Shown here in pieces: positions 18,041 to 29,076 of a stretch of 64,000 nucleotides of DNA. The notes beneath the pieces were generated by a model. That model saw nothing but the letters and a program-made list of their open reading frames with translations, did no database searches and was not told the origin of the DNA. Origin of the DNA: Candidatus Bathyarchaeota archaeon (GTDB taxonomy: Archaea > Thermoproteota > Bathyarchaeia > 40CM-2-53-6); contig CAVSBL010000002.1 of NCBI GenBank assembly GCA_963726255.1, positions 1,888,001 through 1,952,000 on the forward strand, written 5' to 3'. The number at the start of each line of letters is the position of its first letter. Position 1 is the stretch's first letter. The position numbers were made by a program, and so were the translations under genes.

Positions 18041-18343
18041 GTTCATGTCAGCGGTTCGTTCACTGCAATATTGATCCCTGCTCGGAAATGGGACTCAGTC
18101 GGTCTCTGAGTCTCCTAGTTCGAACGTGAGGTACTGAGACCGTAACTCACGGTACGTCGCCCTCTAACCGAGTTGGCAAAGCGCCCTGATACGCGGGAAG
18201 TTCAGGCTGGGTAAGCCCAAGGTTACGCTAGAAATCACTTGGCGAGGCATTCATCTGGGAAGAGAAGTTAGAAGCCTAGGTCAGCCGCAACCTGTGCTTC
18301 AGGTTTATCTGCCCAGACGTTTTCTCTTAGGGTCTGCACGAAG

Positions 18344-19243
18344 TTGAGTGGCGGTAAGTTGGATCAAGCAACCTTTTCAGACATCGCGTTCGAGAGCGCG
18401 AGAGACGAGTATACTGACTTTGCTGTCTACAAGAGGCTGTCGGAACTTAAGTTCAAGAATCGTGAGTTTAGCAGCATACTTCGCCGGCTTGCAGGTATGG
18501 AATATCGGCACTATATTCTCTGGAAGAAATATTGCCCGGGAAGAAAGCCCACAATTAACAAGCTAACTGTTTACGTGATCGTTTTCGTCAGATTCATTTT
18601 GGGCCTAACCTTTGCCGTAAGATACCTTGAGCGGAATGAGAAGAATACCATCAAGAAATACCGGGAACTCGCACACATGATTCCCTCTAAGGACAAGAAG
18701 CAATACAACGAGATGATAGCTAACGAAGAAGAACATGAAATAAAGCTCTCAGACTTCAATGAACCCCAAGTCAAATACATTTCATTCATTGTTCTGGGCT
18801 TGGCTGATGCCTTGGTTGAAATCGCAGGCATCCATGCTGGCTCTCTAGGCATATACAATTCAACTGAGCTGGCAGGGTTGGCGGGAATAATTGCTGGAGC
18901 GGCAGCGTCAGTAGCGATGGCGTCGGCCGCGTACGCACAGGCCAAGACGGGCTTCAAGGGGTCTGCGACGCTTTCAGCCGTGTATACAGGAGTGTCTTAC
19001 TTCGTTACGGCAGTGATTTTGGCAACCCCATATTTCCTCACCAAGGTGATGGTTGACGCGTTAGGTGCCTCACTGTTCTTTGCAGTGTTGCTCATAGCCT
19101 TCAGTAGCTTCTACGGTGCCGTCATTTCCGGAGCTGACTTCAAGAGAGACTTCATTGAGATCACAAGCATAATGTTCGGTGCCACGGTTGCCCTATACCT
19201 GCTTGGAACAGCGATCAGGTATTTCACTGGAATAACCATCTAG
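18344..19243 (+). CDS. Rubrerythrin-VIT1/CCC1 fusion (MbfA-like iron exporter)
   Basis: Ferritin-like ExxH motifs (MEYRH, EEEH) followed by VIT1 motifs IVLGLADALVE and GAAASVAMAS. Confidence 0.85.
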   Translation: MSGGKLDQATFSDIAFESARDEYTDFAVYKRLSELKFKNREFSSILRRLAGMEYRHYILWKKYCPGRKPTINKLTVYVIVFVRFILGLTFAVRYLERNEKNTIKKYRELAHMIPSKDKKQYNEMIANEEEHEIKLSDFNEPQVKYISFIVLGLADALVEIAGIHAGSLGIYNSTELAGLAGIIAGAAASVAMASAAYAQAKTGFKGSATLSAVYTGVSYFVTAVILATPYFLTKVMVDALGASLFFAVLLIAFSSFYGAVISGADFKRDFIEITSIMFGATVALYLLGTAIRYFTGITI

Positions 19244-19432
19244 TCGCCGTATGATCTACGAACTGGGGTATGTTCATTAGATTCCGTTCGTATGTTATTG
19301 GTGCGGCTCATGCCGTGTGGTTCGCATGAATCAGGAATCACTTTCGGAAGGCCTGAATTCGGCCTGTGTCGGCCGGTAAACTTCCCTTTTTTCTTATCCA
19401 ACTCTCCTACGATTGACGCTGGCAGGAAATAA

Positions 19433-19558
19433 TCATGGGCCAGAAGTTAGATGGTATACGACGAGTATGACTGAGAGGGTTACGATTCCGAATAGGAAAC
19501 CTATCAACAGCATGACAATCATCATGCCCCTTTGACCACCGATATTCCACCGTTGCAT
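19433..19558 (-). CDS. 41-aa single-TM microprotein (not in ORF track)
   Basis: ATG..TGA reads MQRWNIGGQRGMMIVMLLIGFLFGIVTLSVILVVYHLTSGP; 25 nt downstream of the corrected GAPN stop, same strand. Confidence 0.5.
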   Translation of the reverse strand: MQRWNIGGQRGMMIVMLLIGFLFGIVTLSVILVVYHLTSGP

Positions 19559-19583
19559 ACCGAGCCACTCAGTAGAGCCAGTG

Positions 19584-21112
19584 TTAGTCCTTGATAAGGT
19601 CGGCCCAGACTTTTGCGGGCTTCCAGTTGTAAACGACCGTCTTTAGCCGAGTCATCTCTTCAATGCTGTAGCCGATGCCTTCCCTGCCGATGCCGGAGTC
19701 CTTGTTGCCGCCGAATGGGTAGTAACCCACCCCGTGCCGGGCGCGGCGTTTATGGTAACCTCACCCTCCTCTAATCGCTTGGCTACTTTTCTTGCGAGGT
19801 TGAGATCATTAGTGAAGACGCATGAATCCAACCCATACCTGGATTTGTTGGTGAGGTCGATGGCTTCATCAACACTCTTCACGTGGGCGATGGGGATTAC
19901 GGGGCCGAATGTTTCATCCCACATGACCCTCGCGTCCAGTGGAACGTAATCCAGAACCGTCGGCTGGTAGTAGTTCCCATCGTATTTCCCTCCTGTCAAA
20001 AGCTTGGCACCTTTACTGATCGCGTCCGTAACGAGACTATGAACTCTCTCTACCGCATCACGTTCAATCAACGGGCCAATCTTAACCGAAGGGTCACGGG
20101 GGTCGCCCACCTTGTACGACCCTACTATCTTGAGAACTCTCTCTACGAAACTGTCTCCGATTTCGTCCTCCACAAGAACCCGGCTTATAGCGTCGCAACG
20201 TTGACCACTGAAACTTAGCGACCCCTTCACAGTCTCACTTGCAGCGAGGTCTAGATCTGCGTCCTTCAGAACGATGGCGCAACCCTTTCCACCGAGCTCC
20301 ATATGCAGTCTCTTCAAGCCGGCCACACGGGCCAGAGCTCTTCCAACATCCGTGCTGCCTGTGAAAGTCAGCATGCTAATCTTATCGTGAGCCGCCATAT
20401 ACTGGCCGATCGGCCCTCGGCCGGTGATTACATTAAGCGTGCCCGGGGGTATGCCCGCGACTTCCAATAATCTGGCAAACATTAGGAAAGACAGCGGGTC
20501 TTTGCTGGAAGTCTTTACCACGACCGAATTGCCTGCTAAGAGTGCAGGTATGACCTTCGTGGAGGTTATGTAGAGAGGGTAGTTGAAAGGCGAAATTGCT
20601 AAAACAACTCCCAGCGGTTCCCTTAGGACATCCGCGGATGTACCCACAGTCTCCTCCGACCAGTCCCCCGGTATGTGTTCGCCACGAATCTTCCCGTACT
20701 CATCCGGCGTCAGCTTCAATCGCTCAGCTGTAGACTTGACCTCTCCCTCGGCATTGGAAATCGGTTTGCCAGCTTCGAGATTCAAGACACTGACGAAATT
20801 CTCCATGTTCTGGAGCAGTAATTCGCGTGCTTGCTGGAAGATTTCTATCTTTTTCACAGCTGGAATGGTTCTGATCGAGTTTCGGTTGATGAAGGACGAT
20901 TCGATCGCACGTTCGGCTTCACGTTCTGAAGCCGAGGGAACAGTTGCGACCACTGCACCATCAATGGGGCTCCGAACTTCGATCCTCTGGGCTAGGGTCA
21001 CCCACTGGCCATCCAAGAGCATTTTGAAATCCATCGAACCTGAATCTGAGATGGAATAAATCGGGTCGAAAACAGCTGCTAATTTGACTACCTTGCCCTT
21101 CATATCGATCAC
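19584..21112 (-). CDS. gapN: Non-phosphorylating glyceraldehyde-3-phosphate dehydrogenase (GAPN), with a 1-nt frameshift near 19740
   Basis: ALDH motifs PFNYP, FTGS, ELGGK, GQRCDA, ETFGP; archaeal GAPN-type 'GEHIPGDWS' segment. The shifted frame supplies [40 protein letters not shown]...KD* ending at 19584. Confidence 0.8.
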
Positions 21113-21125
21113 GAACTTCTCCTTC

Positions 21126-21515
21126 TTAGTCTAGGATGGCTTCTGCCTCTATTTCCACAAGCATATCGGGGTTGACGAAGCCTTTCACTTCGACCATGGA
21201 TGTGGTCGGTCGTATTTCTCTGAAGAATGCACCGTGCGCCTTGCCAACCTCTTCCCAGCGGTTAATGTCGGTAATGTAGATTCTTGTGCGGACCACGTCT
21301 TCGAGTTTCGCACCTACTGATTCCAAAGCCTTCTGAATGTTCTTCAAGGCCTGAACAGTTTGTGTTCCCGCCTCTCCGATTCCAACAATGTTTCCTTGCG
21401 AGTCAGTTGCAGTTGTCCCCGAAACGTGAACGATATTTCCGACTCTCACAACCCTTGAGTAACCAACTATTGGCTCCCACTTTGTACCAGACGAGATCTT
21501 CATGCGAGAGGTCAA
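21126..21515 (-). CDS. RidA/YjgF-family protein
   Basis: [38 protein letters not shown]. Confidence 0.9.
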   Translation of the reverse strand: MTSRMKISSGTKWEPIVGYSRVVRVGNIVHVSGTTATDSQGNIVGIGEAGTQTVQALKNIQKALESVGAKLEDVVRTRIYITDINRWEEVGKAHGAFFREIRPTTSMVEVKGFVNPDMLVEIEAEAILD

Positions 21516-21577
21516 ACTTACGCACTCGAGACTCTGAAGGGGGGCCCGTTCTATTAAGGAAGGTCTAAGCCAGGTGG

Positions 21578-22462
21578 CTACGTCTTTTCTGCGCGGACAA
21601 AAATCATCTTCCAGTCAAAAAGAAAACGCTCGCCACGAACAAACTGTCTCAATTCGTCCTTGAGCGCACGCCGAAATTCTTGCCGGCTTTTCGCGGAGAG
21701 TTCCTTAAGTTCCTGTTTGAGAGTGGCCCTCTTCAGCCGCATATCCAGGTACCCCTGAATACCGCGCAATGCAATCCTGTAACTGCGGTTTTTGACCTCA
21801 ATCTTCTTGAAACCCATCATTCTTAGGTGGCGTATCTGTTCACCCAGGTTCATTTCGTGATTTCCGAACCGCTCCAAGGTTGCAAGGGCTGTTCTCTGAA
21901 GGCGCAACTCTGCCGAAGGATTCTGCGTGCGATGCTGATGCAAGATTTCGCCAAATATTCTGTGCGCTGACACATCTCTTAGACGCCAATCACTGTATAC
22001 GAGAGTGCCCCCTCCCCTGAGCACCCGAAAGACTTCACAAATTGTCTGACGGAATCCCACGGGAGAAATTCCGCAGTTTGAGACTACCACATCGAACATT
22101 TGGTCTGGAAGTAGTAGCCGCTGCGAACCCATCAAAATGAAACGTACGTTCTTGAGCCTCTTCGCCTCAGGGTTTGCCTTTGCAGGAGTCAACATCGATT
22201 CCAAACGATCAATCCCGAAAACGAATCCGTCTGGTTTGGTTCTTCCAGCCGCCTCAAGGGCAGCTACGCCAGTACCAGTTCCAATATCCAGAACGATTTG
22301 ACCAGGAGAAATTCTTGCATCCAGAACGAGGTCTTTTGCGAACTTTCGGAATGTTGGAGCCCAGTGCGCCTCCCAAACCTTAACATCCTCCGCCCAAAGT
22401 TTCTGGACGACTTGGTCCGCCTGTTCTAAACTCATGCTCGACAGGGTCATACGTGCGCACAA
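21578..22462 (-). CDS. Class I SAM-dependent methyltransferase (UbiE-like)
   Basis: [23 protein letters not shown]. Confidence 0.85.
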   Translation of the reverse strand: MCARMTLSSMSLEQADQVVQKLWAEDVKVWEAHWAPTFRKFAKDLVLDARISPGQIVLDIGTGTGVAALEAAGRTKPDGFVFGIDRLESMLTPAKANPEAKRLKNVRFILMGSQRLLLPDQMFDVVVSNCGISPVGFRQTICEVFRVLRGGGTLVYSDWRLRDVSAHRIFGEILHQHRTQNPSAELRLQRTALATLERFGNHEMNLGEQIRHLRMMGFKKIEVKNRSYRIALRGIQGYLDMRLKRATLKQELKELSAKSRQEFRRALKDELRQFVRGERFLFDWKMIFVRAEKT

Positions 22463-22612
22463 CGGTTCCGTGCTGTGAAGTTCTTCCCTTAACGTTTATC
22501 GAAATCGCGCAGAGAAGGCATGTGGCCTGACTCAGATAACCTCTAAGAAAAAGGGAGGGGAGGGGTCGTCGACCGCTGATTTAGATTAGGTTGTAGCGGT
22601 AGGCTACGAAGT

Positions 22613-23092
22613 CTATGGCCATAGCGCCCCGTACTCGCCGCTAAAGTCGCTGTGAATATTCATGTAGGTACCTTGTTGTGTTTCAGACGTATCTTGACCG
22701 AACAAGACGAAGTAGCCGTTTCGCCCGTCGGGCGCTGTCGCGGGCCCTTGGTATACAGATGTGTGGGTGTCGGGATTGTAGTCACCTCGCCATTGCCCGA
22801 TATCGATCAGGTATGGTTTGTCCCTGACCTGGAAAGTGCCGGATACGACCTTGAAGACGATGTTGTGCGGGCCTACGAAAGTCACCTGTACTTGGAGCTG
22901 TAAGTTTGCGGGGCCTGTTATCAGCCTCCCATTGATCCAGGCCTGTGCCTCCCCACGTATGGTCGTCACCATGTACTGGTCTCCGACCATTACGTTGCCA
23001 CCCGCAACGAGTGGGTCGGCAAAGGCTAAAGTCGCGGACAAGCTCAACACGATTACGCCTAGTATGATGGGTAGCAAATGTTTCATGTGCAT
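22613..23092 (-). CDS. Secreted beta-rich hypothetical protein
   Basis: GGTGA RBS then M(HM)KHLLPIILGVIVLSLSATLAFA signal peptide. The ORF-track extension to 23230 overlaps the next gene and is rejected. The C-terminus may extend to ~22581 via a frameshift. Confidence 0.65.
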   Translation of the reverse strand: MHMKHLLPIILGVIVLSLSATLAFADPLVAGGNVMVGDQYMVTTIRGEAQAWINGRLITGPANLQLQVQVTFVGPHNIVFKVVSGTFQVRDKPYLIDIGQWRGDYNPDTHTSVYQGPATAPDGRNGYFVLFGQDTSETQQGTYMNIHSDFSGEYGALWP

Positions 23093-23166
23093 TTCTTCAT
23101 CACCGGCCGCTCGTTGGGTTAGTTGATTTAAGGCGGTTCGGAAGGAATCATCTGGATGAATCATCA

Positions 23167-24810
23167 ATGGCCCCCAAGTCGCTAGAAAGGCCGTGGCTAA
23201 GCAGCTGGCCCAAGAATGTACCACAATCAATTGATTATCCGAAAATCTCGTTGGGAGAAATTCTTCGAGTAGCAGCTAAATCGCAGGGAAAGCCTGCGGT
23301 GCACCACGGAGGTCGCGAGATTACTTACGGGGAGCTTGATGAGCTGGCCGATCGCTTCGGCGCGGCCCTTCAAGACCTAGGAGTTAAGAAAGGTGACCGA
23401 GTTGCAATTTACCTACCAAATCTTCCTCAGTTTGTGTTTGCCTATTACGGCGCGCTGCGCGTTGGCGCAATTGTGGTCACAGCGAGCCCTCTCTACAAGG
23501 AAAGGGAACTTGCCCATATCCTGATAGACTCAGGCGCGAAGGTTCTCCTGTGTTTGGACAAACTCTACCCATATGTTGAGTCGGTGAGAGAGAAGGCCCC
23601 GCTCAGCCACGTCTACACAACAAGTGCGACTGACTACCTCCCTAATCCTGCTACGTCGTCCCCTCCAGCGGACGCGGAGAATCTTCGCACGTCTCTCGCA
23701 GGTTACAATGGTCACCCGAAAACGGTGGAGATTGACCCAAGAAGAGACCTCGCGCTTCTCCAATACACCGGGGGCACAACAGGTTTACCGAAAGGCGCGA
23801 TGCTAACCCACTACAATCTTGTAGTTAACGCCGTGCAATTCTCTTCGTGGCTCGGGATGATTCCCAGCGTCGAAGTGCACTTGTCAGTTTTACCGTTCTT
23901 TCACATATACGGGATGACCGTGGCCCTGAATGTCCCGGTTTACACATCATCTGCAATGATTCTCATCCCAGACGGTCGGGACATTGCGGCCATCCTTCAA
24001 GCCGTCGACACGTACAAGCCCACGATTTTTTGCGGAGTACCGGCGATGTACATTGCCCTAATCGACCAGCCAGACATAATGCAACATGACCTACGTTCAA
24101 TTCGCGTTTGTGTTTCAGGGGCTTCACCGCTCCCCGTTCGGGTCCAAAGGGACTTCGAGGAATTGACAGGTGGGAGGCTCGTCGAAGGTTATGGGTTAAC
24201 TGAAACAAGTCCCGTCACGCACGTCAACCCCTTGGATGAACCAGGCAAGAACCGGTCCGGATCAATCGGCATCCCGATCTCGGACACGGAAGCGAAGATT
24301 GTTGATTTGGATAAAGGTGTGAACGAACTGCCTCCAGGGACGGCTGGAGAGTTAATCATTCGGGGGCCGCAGCTTATGATGGGTTACTGGAACAACCCAG
24401 AAGAAGCCGAGATGGTGCTTAGGGACGGTTGGTTCTACACCGGCGATATTGCGTTAATGGACTCTGACGGTTACTTCCATATCGTAGACCGGAAGAAGGA
24501 TGTGATTAACGTTTCTGGTTTGAAGGTGTGGCCTGGGGAGGTTGAAGAGGTTCTCTACGAACATCCTGCCATTAAAGAAGCGACAGCGGTCGCTGTGGCT
24601 GACCGGAAGAGCGGCGAAGCCGTAAAGGCGGTTGTGGTGTTGAGGGAGGAATTCAAAGGAAAAATTGCGGCTGCAGATCTTATTGAGTTCTGCAGGGATA
24701 GAATCGCCGTCTACAAGGCTCCTAGGATAATTGAGTTCAGAGACTCTCTACCCAAGAGCTCCGTTGGCAAAATTCTGAGAAGAGAGCTTAGAGCCAAGTC
24801 ATCGCAGTAG
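23167..24810 (+). CDS. fadD: Long-chain fatty acid-CoA ligase
   Basis: YTGGTTGLPKG, EGYGLTE, GWFYTGD, DRKKD, PKSSVGKILRR. Confidence 0.85.
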   Translation: MAPKSLERPWLSSWPKNVPQSIDYPKISLGEILRVAAKSQGKPAVHHGGREITYGELDELADRFGAALQDLGVKKGDRVAIYLPNLPQFVFAYYGALRVGAIVVTASPLYKERELAHILIDSGAKVLLCLDKLYPYVESVREKAPLSHVYTTSATDYLPNPATSSPPADAENLRTSLAGYNGHPKTVEIDPRRDLALLQYTGGTTGLPKGAMLTHYNLVVNAVQFSSWLGMIPSVEVHLSVLPFFHIYGMTVALNVPVYTSSAMILIPDGRDIAAILQAVDTYKPTIFCGVPAMYIALIDQPDIMQHDLRSIRVCVSGASPLPVRVQRDFEELTGGRLVEGYGLTETSPVTHVNPLDEPGKNRSGSIGIPISDTEAKIVDLDKGVNELPPGTAGELIIRGPQLMMGYWNNPEEAEMVLRDGWFYTGDIALMDSDGYFHIVDRKKDVINVSGLKVWPGEVEEVLYEHPAIKEATAVAVADRKSGEAVKAVVVLREEFKGKIAAADLIEFCRDRIAVYKAPRIIEFRDSLPKSSVGKILRRELRAKSSQ

Positions 24811-24881
24811 TCCAGAACGTGGAATTTGAACTAAACAGTTAAGAATTCGCAAAGTTCGGAAGCCACATCGCAATTGAGACG

Positions 24882-26858
24882 GTGTATGTATTGGCGCTTC
24901 GCGAAATTCTCCCGACTACTACAATGATATTTCCTGAGACTCGGAATAACCTAAAGACTCTGAGGGACCTTCACAAGAAAAGCCTCCAAGATCCCGATTC
25001 TTTCTGGCGCAAAGCCGCCGAGGAACTCTTCTGGTATCAGAAGGCCGGACCGGCATTTGAAAGGATGGACCAGCCCCCCTACGGGAGATGGTTCCCCGAA
25101 TGGAAGACTAACCTCTCTTACAACGCCTTGGACAGACAAGTGGCCGGCTCGAGAAAGAAGAAGGTAGCCTACTACTGGGAGGGTGAGAATGGCGATAAAC
25201 GAACTCTAACCTACAATGACCTATACGAGGAAGTGAACAAGCTCGCTTCGGCGCTGAAGAAACTTGGAGTCAAGAAAGGTGACAGGATTACACTCTATCT
25301 TCCTATGATCCCCGAACTTCCTATCAGTATGTTAGCTGTCACCCGGCTCGGCGCACTGCACACCGTAATCTTCGCTGGTTTCACAGCCCAATCAATCGCC
25401 ACCAGAATGACGGATTCTAAATCGAAAATTGTGATTACTTCAGACGGTGCTTATAGGAAAGGGAAAACGCTCGACCTGAAGTCCATCGTTGATGAAGCGA
25501 TCAAACTATCGGGCGGGATTGAGAAAGTCATCGTCGTAAAGAGGGCGAACAATCAGGTACCGATGGTTAGCGGGCGCGATTTATGGTACCACGACCTACT
25601 TGCTTCCGCGGATAAATTCGTTGAGCCCGAACCTGTCGAAGGCACTCACCCAAGCTTCATTTTGTATACTTCAGGAACCACAGGCAAGCCGAAGGGCTGT
25701 ACCCACAGCACTGGTGGCTATATGGTGTGGGCCGACTATACGCAGAAGGCAGTCTTCGACTCAAAAGATGATGATATCTTCTGGTGCACTGCTGACATTG
25801 GTTGGATAACGGGGCACACGTATATCGTCTACGGCCCACTGATAGCAGGCCTTACTTCTGTGATGTATGAAGGGGCTCCTGATTACCCTCAGCCCGACCG
25901 TTGGTGGGACCTAGTCGAAAAATATCGGGTCACAATCATTTACACGAGCCCCACCGCGATTAGAATGCACATGAAGTTTGGGGAAAAATGGGCCCAAGCA
26001 CACAAGCTAGATTCACTTAGACTGCTAGGTACGGTCGGGGAACCAATCAACCCTGAAGCATGGAGATGGTACTTCAAGAACATAGGCCGCGAAAAATGCC
26101 AAATCGTAGACACATGGTGGCAAACGGAGACAGGGGGAATCCTAATCAGCGCTCAGCCGGGGATCGCCCCAATCCCACTAAAAGCAGGATCAGCTTCACT
26201 ACCAATTGCAGGAGTCGACGCTGACGTCTTCAGTGAATCAGGCGAAGCCGTCAAGGTTGGCGAGAAGGGGTACATGGTGATAAAGAAACCGTGGCCAGGC
26301 CAATTCACAACATTATGGAACGACCCTGAGAAATTCAAGCAGGTATACTTCACAAGGTTCCCAGGAATCTACAATGCTGGCGACTACGCGCTCAAGGATG
26401 ATGACGGTTACTTCTGGCTACTGGGCCGGGCGGACGAGGTGTTGAAAGTCGCAGGGCACAGAATCGGCACCATCGAATTAGAAGACAGCCTCATCTCACA
26501 CCCAGCGGTCGCGGAATCAGCCGTCATCGGAAAATCGGACCCAATCAAAATGGAAGTGCCCGTCGCCTTCGTCGTTCTCAAGCCCGGCTTCGCACCAACA
26601 CCAGAACTCAAGAAGGAATTGTCAAACCACGTGAGAACAACCATCGGCCCAATAGCCGTGCCGGAAGCAATCTACTTCGTCGCCAAACTCCCCAAAACTC
26701 GCAGCGCTAAAATCATGAGACGGGTCGTGCGAGCCGTCGTCGAAGGTAAACCAATCGGAGATGTCACAACGCTCGAAGACGAGACAAGCGTCGAGGAAAT
26801 GAAAAGCGCATACAGCGAACTACAAGCCGAAATGGCAAGAACCGCGTCATCGAAATGA
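24882..26858 (+). CDS. acs: AMP-forming acetyl-CoA synthetase
   Basis: YTSGTTGKPKG, DIGWITGH, VGEPINP, DTWWQTETG, LPKTRSAKIMRR. Exact start uncertain. Confidence 0.92.
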   Translation: MYVLALREILPTTTMIFPETRNNLKTLRDLHKKSLQDPDSFWRKAAEELFWYQKAGPAFERMDQPPYGRWFPEWKTNLSYNALDRQVAGSRKKKVAYYWEGENGDKRTLTYNDLYEEVNKLASALKKLGVKKGDRITLYLPMIPELPISMLAVTRLGALHTVIFAGFTAQSIATRMTDSKSKIVITSDGAYRKGKTLDLKSIVDEAIKLSGGIEKVIVVKRANNQVPMVSGRDLWYHDLLASADKFVEPEPVEGTHPSFILYTSGTTGKPKGCTHSTGGYMVWADYTQKAVFDSKDDDIFWCTADIGWITGHTYIVYGPLIAGLTSVMYEGAPDYPQPDRWWDLVEKYRVTIIYTSPTAIRMHMKFGEKWAQAHKLDSLRLLGTVGEPINPEAWRWYFKNIGREKCQIVDTWWQTETGGILISAQPGIAPIPLKAGSASLPIAGVDADVFSESGEAVKVGEKGYMVIKKPWPGQFTTLWNDPEKFKQVYFTRFPGIYNAGDYALKDDDGYFWLLGRADEVLKVAGHRIGTIELEDSLISHPAVAESAVIGKSDPIKMEVPVAFVVLKPGFAPTPELKKELSNHVRTTIGPIAVPEAIYFVAKLPKTRSAKIMRRVVRAVVEGKPIGDVTTLEDETSVEEMKSAYSELQAEMARTASSK

Positions 26859-26873
26859 ATGAGGTAATCTGAA

Positions 26874-27446
26874 ATGAGTTCGAAACCGTCGCCACTTGCG
26901 AACCCAGCTCCCCTCGGCTTGATGGGTTTTGGAATGACCACAGTCCTACTCAACCTTCACAACATGGGCCTCTTCGGAATCAACAGCATAGTTGTTGCAA
27001 TGGGGATTTTCTACGGCGGTCTTGCGCAAATCATCGCTGGGGCTATGGAGTTCCGGAAGGGAAACACATTCGGAACCTTAGCCTTCACCTCGTATGGGCT
27101 TTTCTGGCTAACGCTTGTCTTCATAATCATGTCCGGTGTTGAGCGTCCAATGTTTGCGCCTGACAGCGCAGCGTGGGCGGCCTATCTGTTCATATGGGGG
27201 CTCTTCACCGCAATCATGTTCTTCGGAACCCTCAAAACCAATAGAGGCCTTCAAACGGTGTTTCTGTCACTTGCAATACTGTTCTTCCTACTCGCCGCAG
27301 CGCAATTACTCCCTCAGCTTGGACTAGTCGCTGGAATAGAAGGAGTCTTCTGCGGTTTCAGCGCATTCTACCTCTCGCTCGCAGAGGTGCTAAACGAAAC
27401 CTACCATCGTCCCGTGCTACCTGTCGGCCCTATCAAAAACGACTAG
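26874..27446 (+). CDS. satP: Acetate uptake channel, GPR1/FUN34/SatP family
   Basis: Signature [30 protein letters not shown]; directly downstream of acs. Confidence 0.9.
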   Translation: MSSKPSPLANPAPLGLMGFGMTTVLLNLHNMGLFGINSIVVAMGIFYGGLAQIIAGAMEFRKGNTFGTLAFTSYGLFWLTLVFIIMSGVERPMFAPDSAAWAAYLFIWGLFTAIMFFGTLKTNRGLQTVFLSLAILFFLLAAAQLLPQLGLVAGIEGVFCGFSAFYLSLAEVLNETYHRPVLPVGPIKND

Positions 27447-27711
27447 CTCATCGTGCTCAGACTGTAGACACCTGTGAATTCCACGCGTCTTTACTTATCG
27501 CGCTCGGGTGTATGACACCAATTCAATGAATGTGTATGCTCGCCAACACGTCCGCTTCGATAGGGCATGTCTACAGAGTCAGTTCTGCGATTCGGAACGC
27601 CGTCAACTGATAATGATTGGCAGGGACATATGTAGAAGTATATGCTGAATGTGCGGTCTAATTAAATCACGAACATTCTATGTAGCTTCCTTACCTAGGA
27701 GATGAACGAGT

Positions 27712-29061
27712 CTGCAGACGCTTACGAAAGAGCAGCTTCTTGAAAAGGCCAAGAAACCCGCACTCGACGCGATGAAACTCCACCCCTTTTACCACGGAAA
27801 AATGGAGATTGTACCAAAATGTTGTATTCGTGATTTCAATGACTTCGCAATCTGGTACACGCCAGGGGTGGCTGAGCCTTGCAAGGCAATTCAGAAGGAC
27901 GAGAGGCTTGTTTACGATTATACGAACAAGTGGAATATGGTCGCAATTGTTACTGATGGGACGCGCGTCCTAGGCCTTGGAGACATAGGTCCGAAGGCCG
28001 GACTTCCAGTCATGGAAGGAAAGTCGATTCTCTTTAAGTACATGGGGGGTGTCGACGCTGTTCCAATCTGCTTGGGAACGAAGGACCCTGACGAGATCAT
28101 AACGGCCGTGAAATGGCTTCAGCCATCTTTCGGCGGTGTCAACCTAGAAGACATTTCGCAACCAAAATGTTTTCGCATACTCGATACGCTCAGAAGCACA
28201 GCTGAAATTCCAGTTTGGCACGATGACCAGCAAGGAACCGCGACGATTGTTCTAGCTGGCTTGATCAACGCCCTCGAATTAGTCGGGAAGAAAGCCAAAG
28301 ATGTGACGCTTACTATGGTCGGTTCTGGCGCATCCAACGTTGCGTGTAGTAGGCTGATGTTTGCGTACGGCATCAAACCGGAGAACACCATCGTTGTCGA
28401 CACGAAAGGCACCCTCAACCAGGACAGGCAGGATATTGCGATGCGTAAGGCCGAGTTTGTCGACAAGTGGCGGCTTTGCCAGACCACGAATAAAGAACAA
28501 CGGAAAGGTGGGATACCCGAAGCCATGAAAGGTTCCGATGTCTGCATAGCCCTATCCAAACCCGGGCCGGACACAATTAAGAAAGAATGGGTTGCATCAA
28601 TGGCGAATGACTCCATCATCTTCGCATGCGCTAACCCCATCCCCGAGATCTGGCCATGGGAAGCCAGAGAGGCCGGGGCTCGGGTAATCGCAACCGGCAG
28701 ATCCGACTTTCCTAATCAAGTCAACAATTCACTTGGCTTTCCAGGAATCTTCCGCGGCGCTCTTGACGTTCGGGCTAGGACCATCACAGACGAGATGTGC
28801 ATCGCGGCAGCTAACGAACTTGCAAAATGCGCGCGTGAGAAAGGCCTTAGCGAAGACTACATTGCTCCAACGATGGATGAGTGGGAGGTTTACCCGAGGG
28901 AAGCTGTGGCAGTCGCACTTAAGGCGCAAGAAGTCGGGGTAGCTGGCCTGAAGCTGACAAGAACGCAATTACTCGAACAAGCCACGTCGATTATCAAGAG
29001 GTCAAGGGACATGACACAGACTGCCATGAAACTCGGCTACATACCGAAGGCGCCGGAATAG
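27712..29061 (+). CDS. mae: NAD(P)-dependent malic enzyme (probable CTG start at 27712)
   Basis: YTPGVAE, TDGTRVLGLG, VMEGK, NLEDI, HDDQQGT, TGRSDFPNQVNN. The frame extends upstream of ATG 27772 as QTLTKEQLLEKAKKPALDA to a CTG preceded by GGAGATGA. Confidence 0.9.
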   Translation: MQTLTKEQLLEKAKKPALDAMKLHPFYHGKMEIVPKCCIRDFNDFAIWYTPGVAEPCKAIQKDERLVYDYTNKWNMVAIVTDGTRVLGLGDIGPKAGLPVMEGKSILFKYMGGVDAVPICLGTKDPDEIITAVKWLQPSFGGVNLEDISQPKCFRILDTLRSTAEIPVWHDDQQGTATIVLAGLINALELVGKKAKDVTLTMVGSGASNVACSRLMFAYGIKPENTIVVDTKGTLNQDRQDIAMRKAEFVDKWRLCQTTNKEQRKGGIPEAMKGSDVCIALSKPGPDTIKKEWVASMANDSIIFACANPIPEIWPWEAREAGARVIATGRSDFPNQVNNSLGFPGIFRGALDVRARTITDEMCIAAANELAKCAREKGLSEDYIAPTMDEWEVYPREAVAVALKAQEVGVAGLKLTRTQLLEQATSIIKRSRDMTQTAMKLGYIPKAPE

Positions 29062-29076
29062 TGGAGGCGAATTGAT

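Noticed and set aside
27462-27576. 9-bp inverted repeat CTGTAGACA/TGTCTACAG as a MITE
   Set aside because: No target-site duplication or second copy seen; could be chance.
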